DNA of 59,753 nt, counting the filler, from Porpidia crustulata (lineage: Eukaryota): NCBI GenBank assembly GCA_964255105.1. It is 10 parts of 10 records of this genome, joined end to end, with 100 filler letters (N's around TTAATTAATTAA, not from the genome) between each part and the next. Parts side by side here need not be neighbours in the genome. Positions count along the whole stretch, not along the records: positions 12,029 to 17,938 come from CAXUWE010001676.1; positions 18,039 to 23,942 come from CAXUWE010001677.1; positions 24,043 to 29,924 come from CAXUWE010001678.1; 7 more parts are not named here. The stretch is one strand, 5' to 3'. This document shows, piece after piece, positions 13,232 to 25,904 of this stretch. Below the pieces are notes generated by a model that made no database searches, was not told the origin of the DNA, and was given only the letters and a program-made list of their open reading frames with translations. Numbering within the stretch: the stretch's first letter is position 1; the number at the start of each line of letters is the position of its first letter. Made by a program: the position numbers and the translations under genes.

Positions 13232-14275
13232 AGCCCTAAAATGATGGACGTCGTAGATGCGCCAAGCAACCTTGAAGACCTCCTAGATAATCTCTTTTAT
13301 TCGAATTGAAGAGGTCAAGCAGCGTATCGGATACTCCGCGTTGGGTTTTGGTGGGGGTACGGTGGGCGGCAACACCTGGTGTACTTAGATCTTGATATCG
13401 AAGTGTATGGTGTCTAGTAGAGTAGTAGACAGTGTAGAAGATCGTCTACAGGTAAATTGTGCGCCGAGGTGTAGGATTATAGACAAGAAAATTCTTTGAT
13501 TATATGTATTATTCAGCTTAAGCAACGCAATAGAAGAAAGCCTTGGTATAGAACGACCACATGCCTATCGTTCCCTAGCGTAGAGCGTCTTCGATACCCG
13601 CCTCCTCATTCAGGTCTTCTTGTATCAGCAGTCATTGTATGCTGGAAATATTCGGTAGCGCCGAGATCGGTGGACGGCGGAAGCCATTGAGTTTCCTCTG
13701 ACTCGACCGGATAAAGGGATTCCTCACACAGGGAGGCGCTCGTGCAGGTTTTAGATCGAGTAGCATGTTGAAAAAGAAATATCATGCACAAAGAATTGGA
13801 TTACTAGCTGCTATCTGCGATATTTCAAACGTCCTCGGATATACGAATTGATCATTTAATAATACTATAGTATTACTCAGGCACAATTGCCGTATATGAA
13901 TATCACAACAACCTATGCAGGGCGACGCACGTCATCGTCATCATCATCATCGTTATCATGACTATCGAGCACGTGACTCATGTGCCCCTCTTACTCTTCT
14001 CATAGCTCTCGGTAGAAATACTGGGTGTATGTCGGAATTGTGCCAGAGTGATTACAATACCTTGATAATTGATCAAAATATGAAAAATCGAATGCCTCAA
14101 GTGTGGTTCAAGTCCAGATTGAGAAATCGTTATGGCTATTTATAACGATTAGATTGTCGTAGAAGAGCATTCCCCCCAGCTGAGACGCCCATGCTACGAG
14201 GACTCCATCCCCTCCAGATGCGCCGTAGATGTAGCACGTTATATGCGTCGTAAGCGTGAAGACCTCGCTCTCAAA

Positions 14276-15876
14276 TCAATGTTGACTCCACTCAATACTA
14301 TCCAGCGCCACGCCTTCCTGAACTAGCTCCCACAACGGACTGAGCTCTCGTAAGAAGCTGACCCGTTTCGTCACTGCCTTGAGTACGTAGTCGATCTCGC
14401 TCTCAGTGGTGAATCTACCGATTCCGAATCGAATGCTACTATGCGCGCTCTCATCACTGTTTCCGAGAGCTCGGAGGACATAACTGGGTTCCAGGGATGC
14501 AGAGGTGCATGCACTTCCGGATGACAGGGCAATATCTTTCAATGCCATCAACAGAGACTCGCCCTCGACATAGGCAAACGATACATTCACGCAACCGGGG
14601 TAGAAGTGCTGTGGATCGCCATTCTGAGATGTATGCTCCAGAGAAAGCAGCCCTTTCAAAAGCCGATCTGAGAGGGCTGTGACTCTTTTGGAATCGTACT
14701 ACAGACAATAAATTAGCACCGAAGGCGGTCGGGAATCAATCAACTTACAGCCATCTCTTCCTTGGCGATTCGACAAGCTTCTCCAAAGCCAACCACTAAC
14801 GGAGGGGCAAGAGTGCCACTCCTCAGCCCCCTTTCTTGTCCTCCCCCGCTAATGATCGGGTCAATCCTGACTCGAGGTCGTCTCCGAACATAGCAAGCGC
14901 CGATACCCTTTGGTCCGTAGATTTTGTGTGCCGATATAGACATCAAATCAACATTCCAGTCGTTGACGCTGATTGGGATCTTTCCCACCGCCTGCGCTCC
15001 ATCAGTGTGAAAAAAGACCTTTTTCGATCTGCACAGCTTTCCAATATCTTCCATTGGTTGAATCACCCCAATCTCGTTATTGACGGTCATTATACTGACA
15101 AGAGCCGTGTCTGGTCTGATTGCAGCCTCCAGCTCTTTCATGTCCACCAATCCGTTGTTTTGTACTGGTAGATATGTGACACTGAATCCCTCATCTTGCA
15201 TATGCCTACAGCTGTCCAGAACACATTTGTGCTCTGTCTGAGTGGTTATAATGTGCCTCTTCTTTCCACTTCTCCCGAAGAACCTTGCAACTCCTTTTAT
15301 GCTCATGTTGTTACTTTCCGTCGCCCCACTTGTAAAGATGATCTCCTTCGAGTCAGCACCTATGAGATTCGCAACATGCTCCCTAGCTTGCTCTACTGCC
15401 TTTTCTGTCTCCCAGCCGTAAGCATGTGTTCTTGAATGAGGATTCCCGTAAAGACCAGTGAAGAAAGGTAGCATAGCATCGAGAACTCGGGGATCCGTGG
15501 GAGTTGTAGCCTGCATGTCAAGATAGATAGGTCGCATTCCTTCGTCCATGATTGTAGCCTGCTTCAATATACCCGCTGCTGGACTCATCATGGCTTCTGC
15601 GGACATGCCCGTGCCTGGAATTTTGACATTTTCAGGCAGCTTTCCCGTCTGCGCAGTGAAAGCATTGTGATCCGCTGTGATGGTTGTATCAACGCTGACT
15701 TGTGCTCTGTCTGCCTTTGACTCTGAAACATAGGGTCGTTGTAAAATTCGATTGACGGTGGCAATTGCTGGCGATTGCAGATGCGGTGAATTTCTGATCC
15801 AGCTATGCGAACATGATAGTCTTCTTCGAGCTAGTCTTGTGGCCTGTCGCACAGCTGTGGGTGCAATATTAGACAT
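14276..15876 (-). CDS. NFS1: Mitochondrial cysteine desulfurase
   Basis: Arg-rich presequence from ATG 15876; [37 protein letters not shown] (PLP Lys), [17 protein letters not shown] (catalytic Cys). One intron, 14699-14748. Confidence 0.96.
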
Positions 15877-16627
15877 GTTGACAGTGCTCGTGAAAAGGTC
15901 AGGAGGATGATCTTGATGGAAGGAATTGTAGATGATTGATGACCCTAATCGGATCCAGGTTCGCCTCTCCCGTTGAGCCAATCGCTCGATATTCCGGCAC
16001 TAAGCTACTATTGGCCAGACCGTTGAAGCTCAGATCAGACATTTGAGGATTGTAGATTTCGTTCCATAACTATTGTACATCTATGTATAAATTGACTGCC
16101 TTCTACTTGATACTGAATGCGAAATACTTCTTGAATGCGTTAATTTTTGGAAGTTCTCCACGGTCGCGAGCCCATCCGCGTGGCTCCTTTTGGCCAAGGG
16201 GTCTTGGGTACTCTAGGGCAGGTCAATGCCGTCAGCCGGCATGGCTGCGATTCACTACCACAGAGAGCGCTTGAAGCGTTTGAAGCTTTTGAAGCTGCAC
16301 AACGAACCTAGAAATTGCTGCATCTCCTACTGCACTTCTTCATCGGATAGAATAGATTTACTCGCCGAATTATCGACCGCAACGGCCGTCGTACTTGTAC
16401 TACCCTTCCGCCTAATTCCCATCACACGTGCTTCTCTATGGGGTAGAGTATCGTCGTAAACTGTCACGGTCGTCGTCAGCATTGCGCCTCCACTGGTAAA
16501 TCTCGAGCGACGCTCAGACATAGCTACAATCGGCATTTGATGGTATCATTCGCATTTGTCATATTCGCCCAAGAAATATTGTCTAGGAACCTCTGGCCTG
16601 TCCAGCTGTAACCTCACCTCGGACGTA

Positions 16628-17938
16628 ATGAGTTTGAAGGGCCTCGGAAAGGCTGCCGTGCGCGTATGTGCTTAGACAGCTTAGGAGTGTCCTCACTGCT
16701 AATATGGTTATTTTGGTTAGGCTCCACAGACTTTGAAGCAAAGGTTCAATATTGTATGAAGCTGCGCTCTCTCGACCGTCTAAGGCTGCATAAGCAAGAT
16801 CTTGCCACGGCGCTGATGTTTCTGTTTCTGTTTCATAGGGAGAGCATACAAAGGATGCTGTCTATATTGATGCGGAGAGGCGGTTTCAAGAGCTCGAAAA
16901 GGCATGCTCGGTAATTTGGTTAGGCGCGGCACTCCACTAACGATATATGTGCAGGAGACGAAGAAATTACATGACGAGTCGAAGAAGTAAGCGGGATAGA
17001 CATGACTTCACACTCATATGCTGATGAAGATAGATATTTCGACGCCATCAATGGTAATTCATTCTACAAAATCCAGGTCAAGGATAAAGTTGATATGGTA
17101 GGACAGGCATGTTGAACCATCAGATCGAATTTTCCAAAGCTGTACAGGAAATCTACAAACCGATATCCGGGCGAGTCTCGGACCCTAATTCTATAATCCC
17201 CGAAGGCAACCCAGAAGGTATCGAAGCCTGCGAAGAATATGAGACCATTGTCAAAGACCTACAGGCTACATTAGAGCCAGAGTTGGAAATGATACAAGCA
17301 AGAGTCATTACACCTGCAGATGAGCTTATGGGCATTATAAAGATTGTTCAGAAATCGATTGTCAAACGTCAGCACAAACAACTCGATTACGATAGACGCA
17401 AAGCCACTTTGAAGAAGATACAAGATAAAAAGGACAAAACGCTGAAGGATGAGAAGTCACTTTACAAAGCGGAAAGCGAAGTGGAACAGGCAACACAAGA
17501 ATTCAACTATTTCAATGACTTACTGAAAGACGAACTACCGAGATTATTCACCTTGGAAGCCGAATTCATCCGTCCCCTTTTCCAATCATTCTACTACATG
17601 CAACTCAATGTCTTTTACACCTTGCACGAAAAAATGCAAAACATCGACATTGGCTATTTCGACCTGACCCTCGACATCGAAGCCGCCTTTGAGAAAAAGC
17701 GCGGCTCGATCCAAGACCAAGTCGAGTCCCTTTCCATTGTCAAATTCAAAACCACCGGTTCCAAGAAACCCTCGGCACCACCAAAATACGGCAGCGGCAA
17801 ACTCGCCCTCGAAGGCCGTAAATCCACCGGCAACGCGAGCGATAACACCGTCCTCGCAATCGAAGGCCGCAAATCCCATGATCCCGGATCCTTGCGAAGA
17901 CCCCACGACGCCACCGAAAACCCTCCCCCGCCATACTC
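16628..17938 (+). CDS. RVS167: N-BAR amphiphysin Rvs167/Hob1 homolog, multi-exon, 3' truncated (SH3 not in contig)
   Basis: MSLKGLGKAAVR|APQTLKQRF start with several short exons; BAR helices MLNHQIEFSKA...KRQHKQLDYDR...LKDELPRLF...FQSFYYMQLN; Pro-rich PPPPY just before the gap. Confidence 0.85.
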
Positions 17939-18038
17939 NNNNNNNNNNNNNNNNNNNNNNNNNNNNNNNNNNNNNNNNNNNNTTAATTAATTAANNNNNN
18001 NNNNNNNNNNNNNNNNNNNNNNNNNNNNNNNNNNNNNN
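17939..18038. other. Artificial contig linker
   Basis: N44-TTAATTAATTAA-N44. Confidence 0.98.
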
Positions 18039-18281
18039 GATATAGGCGTTGGAGGGGTGGAGGTTTGAAGGCGCGGTGGGAGGATCTCGGGGAGTTGGAG
18101 GTTTGGCGGTGAGGGTGGAGGGACCTTTGTGGGTTGAGTGGTTAGTCGGACGCTTGGCGAGGTGGCGTATTTGGATTGTTAAGAGCCTCGAGGGGCTGCT
18201 AGTGGGGGATTGAAAGCCAAGATTGATTTTAGGGACCGCTCTTACCAAATGTATATTATCTCGTCGTGAAGAACCAACACC

Positions 18282-20767
18282 CTAGTAAATGGCAAAGAGC
18301 CAATTCCCTTTCTTCCATTCCAACGTCACATGAAACCGTTCAGAAACCCCAAAACACATATGCCATGGTCCCATTCTCTTTGTCAGCTGCTTCAGCTTCC
18401 GATCTTTCGGCATTTTCCTGTATATGCTCTTATATTTCTCTATCTTGGTCTTTGCTTTCTTCTCCACCTTTTCAGGTACAATTTCGTCTTCGTCGTTGGC
18501 GCAACGTCCACTCCAGGCCAGATCCAGCCAAGCCTCCTGTTCGTCATGGTCGATCCACTCTCCAGGGATTTTTGATCGTGCCGTTTCCGCCTCGAGATCC
18601 GGTATGTTCGTCACGTCTTCAAGATACCCGGCCATGGTAATCACAGTCTTCCAGAATTCGAAGATTCCATACTTTTCCGCGCAATAAGTGAGTTCTTGCA
18701 TCTCGAGCCGAGAAAACCTACGTCCTTTGGAAAGAAACCGAGATACCGCATGCATTCCCCATGACCATGTCGGACTTTTCTCGTGTATCGCCTTTTGCAA
18801 CATGTTCAAATGTTCATCAACTTGGAGTACCGATCTGGGTGCGCATGCTTCTGCAAAGTCATCCGATTCAATCAAAGCCGCGAGCGCTCGTTTCGGCTGG
18901 ATTTGATATAGGCGTGTATACATCTGTTCCTGCAGTTGTCCAACCCAGTAGATGGAAGCAAGGTTATGCTCAAAATACACATATGTACCCAGAGTCTGCA
19001 TATTCCTTCGTAGAAACTCGGTTATGTCAAGACGGAAATAGATGTCGTTTAGGGCAATCGTAGAAAGGGAGAAGAAGATGCTCGCAGAAATGTCGTCCCA
19101 TTTTGACATCCAAGGGTCAAGAATTGGAATCGCTACCTCCTTTGTCAAAGTCAGAAGCTGTCCACTACTTAAGAAAATTTGGAGGTAGGTGCTTTTGATC
19201 TTGGGATGAGCCGGCTTCGGTTCGAATCTTAAACCCGAATCTAGAAGGAGTCGGAGGATCTCGATGAGCCGTTGGCGTTGAAACATATCTGGCTGAATGG
19301 TTTTATGGCCCTCCAAGAGTGCTTGAAGTGTCCAGTCTAGGAGCGATCCACCATGCTCATCTCGATCAAAGGGGGAAGCTTTTCGGGCGAGGAACAGATC
19401 TTGGATCTTGTCCAAATCTAAACTCCTACAGGCATTGAATATTTCAGAATCCATACTGACAACATTAAATGTATTGGGTTTAATTGTAATGGTACGGCCT
19501 TGAAAAACTCTTGATATGCGCTGCAGGGTTATAAGAGCGCCTTTGTGGAACGTCCACATGGCAGGATGGAAAGTCAAGTCGATCCTTGTGTTTTGAGTCG
19601 ATCCTGATATCACCTTTGTAATCTCAACCCGGAGACTTCCAAAACCAAGGGTTCGCCGCTTCACTGATTTATGGGTGGGCTGAGTAGTCTGTCTATCTGG
19701 ACTCGTCTCTCTAGAAAGCTGGTATTCCCCAGATATCTTAGTGAAGGTTTGCTGACGTCGAACTCTGGGTATGTCTAAATCCTCTTCCGTATTAAACCTA
19801 GCTTGACTATTTCTCTCGTTGTTGCGCTGGGAATTTTCGCTTCGGATGATTATTGAAGCTTTGCGGCCAGCGTCCATGGATATAGCATTCTCAAGTTCCG
19901 ATTCCAGTTTCTCTTCCTGCAGAGCTTCTTTCACAACTTCTTTCAATGATGAGAACAGTTGAGTATACAGAGCATCGGTTATAGCGGTGGGTTTCTGTCG
20001 GAGCAGCGATTGAACAGCTTCATTGACTGCGCTCGTTTCACTCCGAATACCTTCCACTATCTGCCGCGTCTCGGACAAACTCCCTCCAATACCGGTGACT
20101 TGGGCTGCGAGTCGGCCCTCCGATTCAGCAGCATCAGAGCGAATTACATCAGCTGCTGATCGAACTGACTCTTGCAACTGCGTAGCTTGATCGACCACGG
20201 TACCTTGGATAGTCTCGAAGCGGATATTATTATCTGCTTGATTGGAAACGATGGTTTGTTGGACAAGTAATGTCTGGGCGCCAATCTGTACAGTGGCATC
20301 ACTACCACTCAGTCAGCAGCTTCTTTCACCCAGAAAGTTCATATCTACGATACAGACCGCGTCTGCAACCCAAGGCGAAGACTTATAGCTTGCAGTTGAG
20401 GACTGATAGCGGTCCTCAACTTGGTAAGATCCTTGCTAGCACTCTTTAGAAAAGTCCATTGTAGGCTTCGTAGAACACGGCCTGGAGATAATTTTGAGCC
20501 CTGTCCAAGACTTTCATTATATTTGCGTCGGATCTTGGTGTGGAAGCTGAGTAAGGGCGCCTGGCACTCTGCTGCTAACAGAGCAACATCATCGGGCGTC
20601 GAGATTCTGAGTGCTTCTAGGACAGTTACTAGCTGGTGAAGCCATGCAATCTGCTGTTGATAATCAGATGCAGCTCCACCGGTCTCTCTCAACGCATCGT
20701 ATACATCTACGATGAGGCTAATTCCAGCAATGAAATCTCCAATCGAAAAGCCGAATGGAACAGCCAT
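18282..20767 (-). CDS. Protein with an N-terminal HeLo-like/SesA-type fungal NLR-associated domain, a coiled coil and one degenerate ankyrin-like motif
   Basis: Exon 1 (20358-20767) MAVPFGFSIGDFIAGISL...ALRETGGAASDYQ is a typical fungal STAND N-terminal domain start. Intron 20302-20357 joins it in frame to the 638-aa ORF. Ankyrin-like IFNACRSLDLDKIQDLFLARKASPFDRDEHGGSLL. No P-loop seen. Confidence 0.7.
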
Positions 20768-21309
20768 CGCTGTTCATCTCTGAGTACCTCTCATGAACAA
20801 GGACTCCAATATTGCCTCATAAAGCAGTGCGCTGGACAGACGTTGAGCTGCTGTAGCCTGATACGTGAAGGCGGGCATAAGAAGGCGGGCAGAACGCCAT
20901 CTTTCTACCCAAGACAGCCTGGATCTCACAGCTGCAAAACCCCCCTCACCCTTGACGTTCTGACAGTGGTTGCAGACGAGGCGTAGTCCTGGCCAATCAT
21001 AACAATCATCAGTGGATGACTGATGCGCTAGGAGTCGACGGCGCTGTGTCGAAGTGATACAAAGACATTGTAGGCTAGGGTTACATGGGCATACAACCCT
21101 AGTATCTAATGTCTATTCGCTCACCTCAGGGCTACAACAAGTCTCGCAAGCCATACAGTGCGACGACCACTATTGAACAGGTTCAACATGTGCCAGCGAA
21201 TAGACACCATGATAATGTTTTTCGCAAAGTTCCGATGCATGACAACGAGCAAACCAATACAACTCTATCAAATCCTTACTTAGTAGAATCCACGTAGCGT
21301 AGTTACAGC

Positions 21310-23390
21310 ATGTCATCCCAAATCGACTACTTCAAAGGCGAACCTTGTGGTATTGGTAACTGCAAGTCGAAACGATTTTTTGTTGCTGATGATGGAGAGA
21401 CTTATTGTGGTAGAGGGCACATGCAAGAGGTAAATTTTACTCAAACTTCGTACTTCGCGAAAGTAAGTAATTTGCTCTCTAGGGTCTTAGGGCTACGCAG
21501 CAGGATGAGGATGACTTTGGGACCCAAGGGCGCAAAAGTCGTCGAGAGAAAGAAGTTCAGGAGAAGGTTTCCCGAAGTAATATCTTTGGCTTTGGCTATT
21601 TTTGTCTCCTTTTCTGATCTCTCCAAGTGTCCCGTGGTATCAGCGCGTTCGAGCTTTATCTCCAGTCGTATCAGCTAATCCTCTGGCGACAATGTTATGC
21701 TCTTACACAAACCATTGGCTTATCAGGAGAGCTCGAGAACGTCGTCAAAGATCTTTGGGCACTTCGCTTGCAACTGTTGAAAAGTCGAGCCTTCGTGGAT
21801 TCTGACGGAGACACGATGTTTAGCTCGCAAACGCAGAGCCAAAACGATACAGAAAGCGGCAATACACGAAGGCATGAATCGAAGGCAGTGGCAGAAGATA
21901 CGCCAGCCCTTATTGAAACATTAGGTCTTTGCTATCTCGGAACGATACTGTTACGATTACCAATAAGCTTAGGCGATATGCACAGGTATTAGACAGTGTC
22001 ATAACATGTCCAAAACCAGGACTAACGTGACTTTTCACTCTTCAGCTGGGCCGTCAAAGAAGACATTCCTTATTTTCGAGCAGTACGCATTGTACCTCAG
22101 GTGATGAGGAGCAAGCTTCCAGCAAATTACCATAGTGCTCTCGATACGCTAGTATGATTGTTCCCTCAGAATCAAGTGAAGTAATCTAATGCCCTCTGAA
22201 GACAGCATTGAAACCAGATGACCTCCACAAAGCGGTATATAATCTAGCACTTCTTTACAACCATCACTTTCAGCTTGTGCTCCCACCACTGAACCATTCA
22301 TTACTTCTTTTCAAGCACATCAAATACCTCGCTTTACCCAGTAGGTTGATCGACCGACGTGAGTATTTCAAGTGATTTCTGACGCAATGTAGTCGAGCTA
22401 TACGTCGTCACCCGGCACTTGGCATCACTACTTGCCATAGACTTTACGTTTCCCAACCCCGGTCCTCGGCAGTCCAAATCATCTCTCCCAGAGATACAAC
22501 TCATCTCCTTGGTTGTTATTGCCGTCAAGCTGTATCATCCATTTGACTCGCATCCTAGACACTTAAGAAGCTTGAGCGAATTAGGTACTCTTACGATAGA
22601 CTGGGACATCTGGTGTAAGTCTCAAACAGAGTATGTCACCAGACATAAATCCACAGGAAAATTAGGGCGTGGCAATGAAGTCAATGTCAATGAGAAGGAT
22701 ATCATGGGAATGTCAGGGGAGCAGCTTGACGAGTACCTAGATTGGTATGAGAAGACATGGGTCAAGGATGAGCCTCAAGAGCCCAATTCACGCGGACCAC
22801 CTCAACAGATTCTTGACATGTTTCCGACCGGTCGACCTGATGGCTCATCGCCTGCCATGGCCAATTACGATCAAGACAGCAAAGATGATCGAGCCGCGCT
22901 AAACCAAAAGCTTAAGACTGTAGAGGGCAGCCTTAAATTGAGGGGCATCGTTTCAGGAGAAAGCGAAGAGAAAGGTAAGAAACCTGTAAGGCGTATAGGT
23001 TCTTTTTACAAGCGGTACCGAACCATCGAAGATCTTTCACCACAAGCAAAGGTTTTTTACGATGCTGCGGCTTGTTCAGTTGGCGCATCAATTCCAACTT
23101 TAGTTCTTTCTGTCTTCCGACTGGAAAAGAAACTTGAGGCGTTTCATGCTGGAGAAGAAACAGAGGACGAGGACGAAGTTGTCCCGGATAAGGAACGGCA
23201 TTTGGAGAGCGACGACAGTATTCCGATATTAGATGAGGGTCAAAGAGAGATAGACGAGATCGAAATAGTGGAAGATGCTGAGGGAGATGCTGAGGCGTCT
23301 GAAAGGCGCGTAAACAACGATGTAGTAGCATCGCCGAACCTGGAACTATTAGTACCAAGCAGCACATCGGATTTAATGGATGAAGACTAG
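21310..23390 (+). CDS. RRN7: RNA polymerase I core factor subunit Rrn7/TAF1B, multi-exon
   Basis: N-terminal zinc ribbon CGIGNC...DDGETYCGRGH; ELYLQSYQLILWRQ, VVKDLWALRL, LGLCYLG.ILLRLP, LPEIQLISLVVIAVKL, LDEYLDWYEKTW. Confidence 0.85.
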
Positions 23391-23677
23391 CTCGGCTTTG
23401 ACTGAATATTGCACCTAATGACTGGCGTGACTTTAGAACAACCGTGAGGAGTACGCAAATTGCGATCTTTGGACAGATGGCTCAATATGACCTCTAGCCC
23501 GAGGCGCCAAAAGATCAAACCCCCAAAGCGCGCTAAAAATGGCAATCCTAGGGCTAGGGCGTAGAGCCTCATAATTCACCGTGCCACCCCATCTAAGCGA
23601 ATCTCAAAATCCACAACAACCGCACCTTACCACCACCGCCATCACAAGCCGTGACACCTAACGAGGAGACCGCAATC

Positions 23678-23942
23678 AGTAAGTCATTGCTATAACTATC
23701 GATATTGGCGCATAGCTAACCAACAACTCTTTCTCCAGTGCAGATGTAAGCAACATCATACACTAACCCGTCAACGCTACCGTCATCCACTGTCTATCTT
23801 CCATCGCTCTCCCCCATCAACATCCTTCTCCCCCTCAACCACAACCCCGTAACTAACCATCGCCTACCACCCAGTTTCGTCAAAACCCTCACGGGCAAAA
23901 CCATCACCCTCGAAGTCGAGTCCTCCGACACCATCGACAACG
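23678..23942 (+). CDS. Ubiquitin gene 5' end (probably a ubiquitin-ribosomal protein fusion), truncated by gap
   Basis: A(23678) | intron 23679-23738 | TGCAGAT (23739-23745) | intron 23746-23874 | TTTCGTCAAAACC... splices to [25 protein letters not shown]. Confidence 0.9.
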
Positions 23943-24042
23943 NNNNNNNNNNNNNNNNNNNNNNNNNNNNNNNNNNNNNNNNNNNNTTAATTAATTAANN
24001 NNNNNNNNNNNNNNNNNNNNNNNNNNNNNNNNNNNNNNNNNN
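23943..24042. other. Artificial contig linker
   Basis: N44-TTAATTAATTAA-N44. Confidence 0.98.
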
Positions 24043-24055
24043 CCCCCCTTCCCCC

Positions 24056-25175
24056 TTAGACCGTCCCGGTAATACTCAACTCGCGAATCTCGCCCAAAAT
24101 ACCCTCGACCTTCTGATCCAGCAACCCTTGCGCGTACGACTCCCGCGTGTCCGCGTCCAAAAACTGCTGCACCTGCGCCATGCGCGAATACGCCTCGGCG
24201 CAAAACCGCAGCTGGATCTTGACCAGGGCCTCGAAGCTGGGGTCTAAATACGGCACGCGCAGGTCGATGAGCTGGGGGATCTCGGTGTAGAGCTGTTCGT
24301 TGAGGGCCTCGTAGCCGACGCGGGCCTGCTCGGATTCGCGCTCGGCGCGGGGCAGCTTGGTCGGGTCCTTGTCGGGTTTCTCGACGAGTTTCTTGACGCG
24401 GGCGCGGGTGGAGTCGTAGTCGAGGAGTTTGTGGTTGCGTTTTTTTATGCACTCGTTGATGTCGGGGAAGTAGGCGCAGAAGCGGGAGATGGGTTCGAGG
24501 ACCGTTTGTCTTTGGGGAGGGGTGATTCGTTAGTTTTAAGAAAGCGGAATTTTGATATGGATGGAAGCTTTTTACCTGAAAGGTCCATCGAGTGCTTTGA
24601 TGGTTTCGGCGTCGAGGTCTTGTACAGCCTGTTTGTAGCTTCTGCTTACACCGTCGTTGGCACCGGCGTCACCGTAGAAGGCGTCGATTGTCTCTGCGAT
24701 GCGCATTTGGGAGGCTGTCATGGCTGTGTTCGATATTATTAGAGTCCTGTGATGCAAAATCACTGCTTTGTAAATTGGAGTCCCAACCTCGCAACGAATC
24801 TAGGTATCCTTTGGCTTCCTTCTGGAGTCTATTTGCTGCAGATTCCATGGTGCGGTAGCGTCTGAATTAAAGCATTGCTGATAAGCCATGATTCTTTCTA
24901 ACAAATCATTGCCGAAAATTTGGGGCACACCTCTCTTCAACTTCATAGTCTCGATCATTTGTCTTTTCGACATGCCCTGCGCCCATCTCGTCAACCTCCG
25001 ATACGTTCATTTTTGCATCTTGCCATGAAGCTCAGGCATAGAATTCTTACCAGTCTTCATCATCACCTGGGTCGTAGCCCGATTCACATTCTTTTTAAAG
25101 CCTGCGAACATTTTGTGAGCTTCCGTCAAACATGGAGTACTTTTTGAGCAAGGTTGACTGACCTGCCCAAGACAT
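24056..25175 (-). CDS. RVS161: N-BAR protein Rvs161/Hob3, multi-exon, complete
   Basis: MSWAG|FKKNVNRATTQVMMKTG; AMTASQMRIAETIDAFY; KKRNHKLLDYD; RVPYLDPSFEALVKIQLRFC; ends LSITGTV* at 24056. Confidence 0.93.
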
Positions 25176-25904
25176 GGTGGATGGCGTAGGCGGTATGCTA
25201 TGCAAAAGTTTGAGCAAGTTTGCCTGCGCTACAGTTCAAAACGTGTAGATGAAGTATATTCGACTACATAGGGTGATAGGCACTCGTCCGTGCTTCACAA
25301 GCTCGGCTATTAATCGCAACTTTAACCGCCAGTGTAGATATCTATTAATAGAAGCTTCCCCCGAATCGAGCATAGACATCCATACGAAGGTACCTCTCAT
25401 AGGGTGCCAGAAGTCATTGCATAAAGTTTCATAGGATTGTGCCGCTTAAGTTGTGCAATGACTTCCGGCACCCCTTACGATTTCATCACTCAGCAGCACC
25501 ACTGAGCACGCGAACTACTGTGACGCGAGCGAAGAATCCTTTGTATCATTCGAAGAGGCAGAAAAAGCCCACTGAACTAAATTAACCCCAAGTTTACACA
25601 ATTGCCTCCGCCAAGATAGTTACCCCATGGTAAGCCGTTTCATGAGTACAGCTCATGTAGCGACCTATATCGCCAACCTCTTGATCACAAATACCTCCCC
25701 CGTCCTCTAAACCTCTTTTTCCCAAAACGCCAACGCCCGGCTCTGAAATGACCGATGGGGTATGCAACGCTGGTAGATAAAGACAAAGCCATGCAGAATC
25801 ATTGAGTCGTAAGCGTAGCAAGAGAATATGATGCAAGCCACCGAGGCGCCAATGCGAATATTGTCCTCGAAGGTTCTCCGCAAGGTCATCTCCTGTCATG
25901 TATA

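Noticed and set aside
14740..15981. N-terminal extension of NFS1 from TTG at 15981
   Set aside because: ATG 15876 has good context and begins a typical mitochondrial presequence, and nothing supports upstream initiation.
16628..25175. RVS167 and RVS161 (heterodimer partners) appearing close together as a cluster
   Set aside because: They are on different contigs ordered only by length, so no linkage can be inferred.
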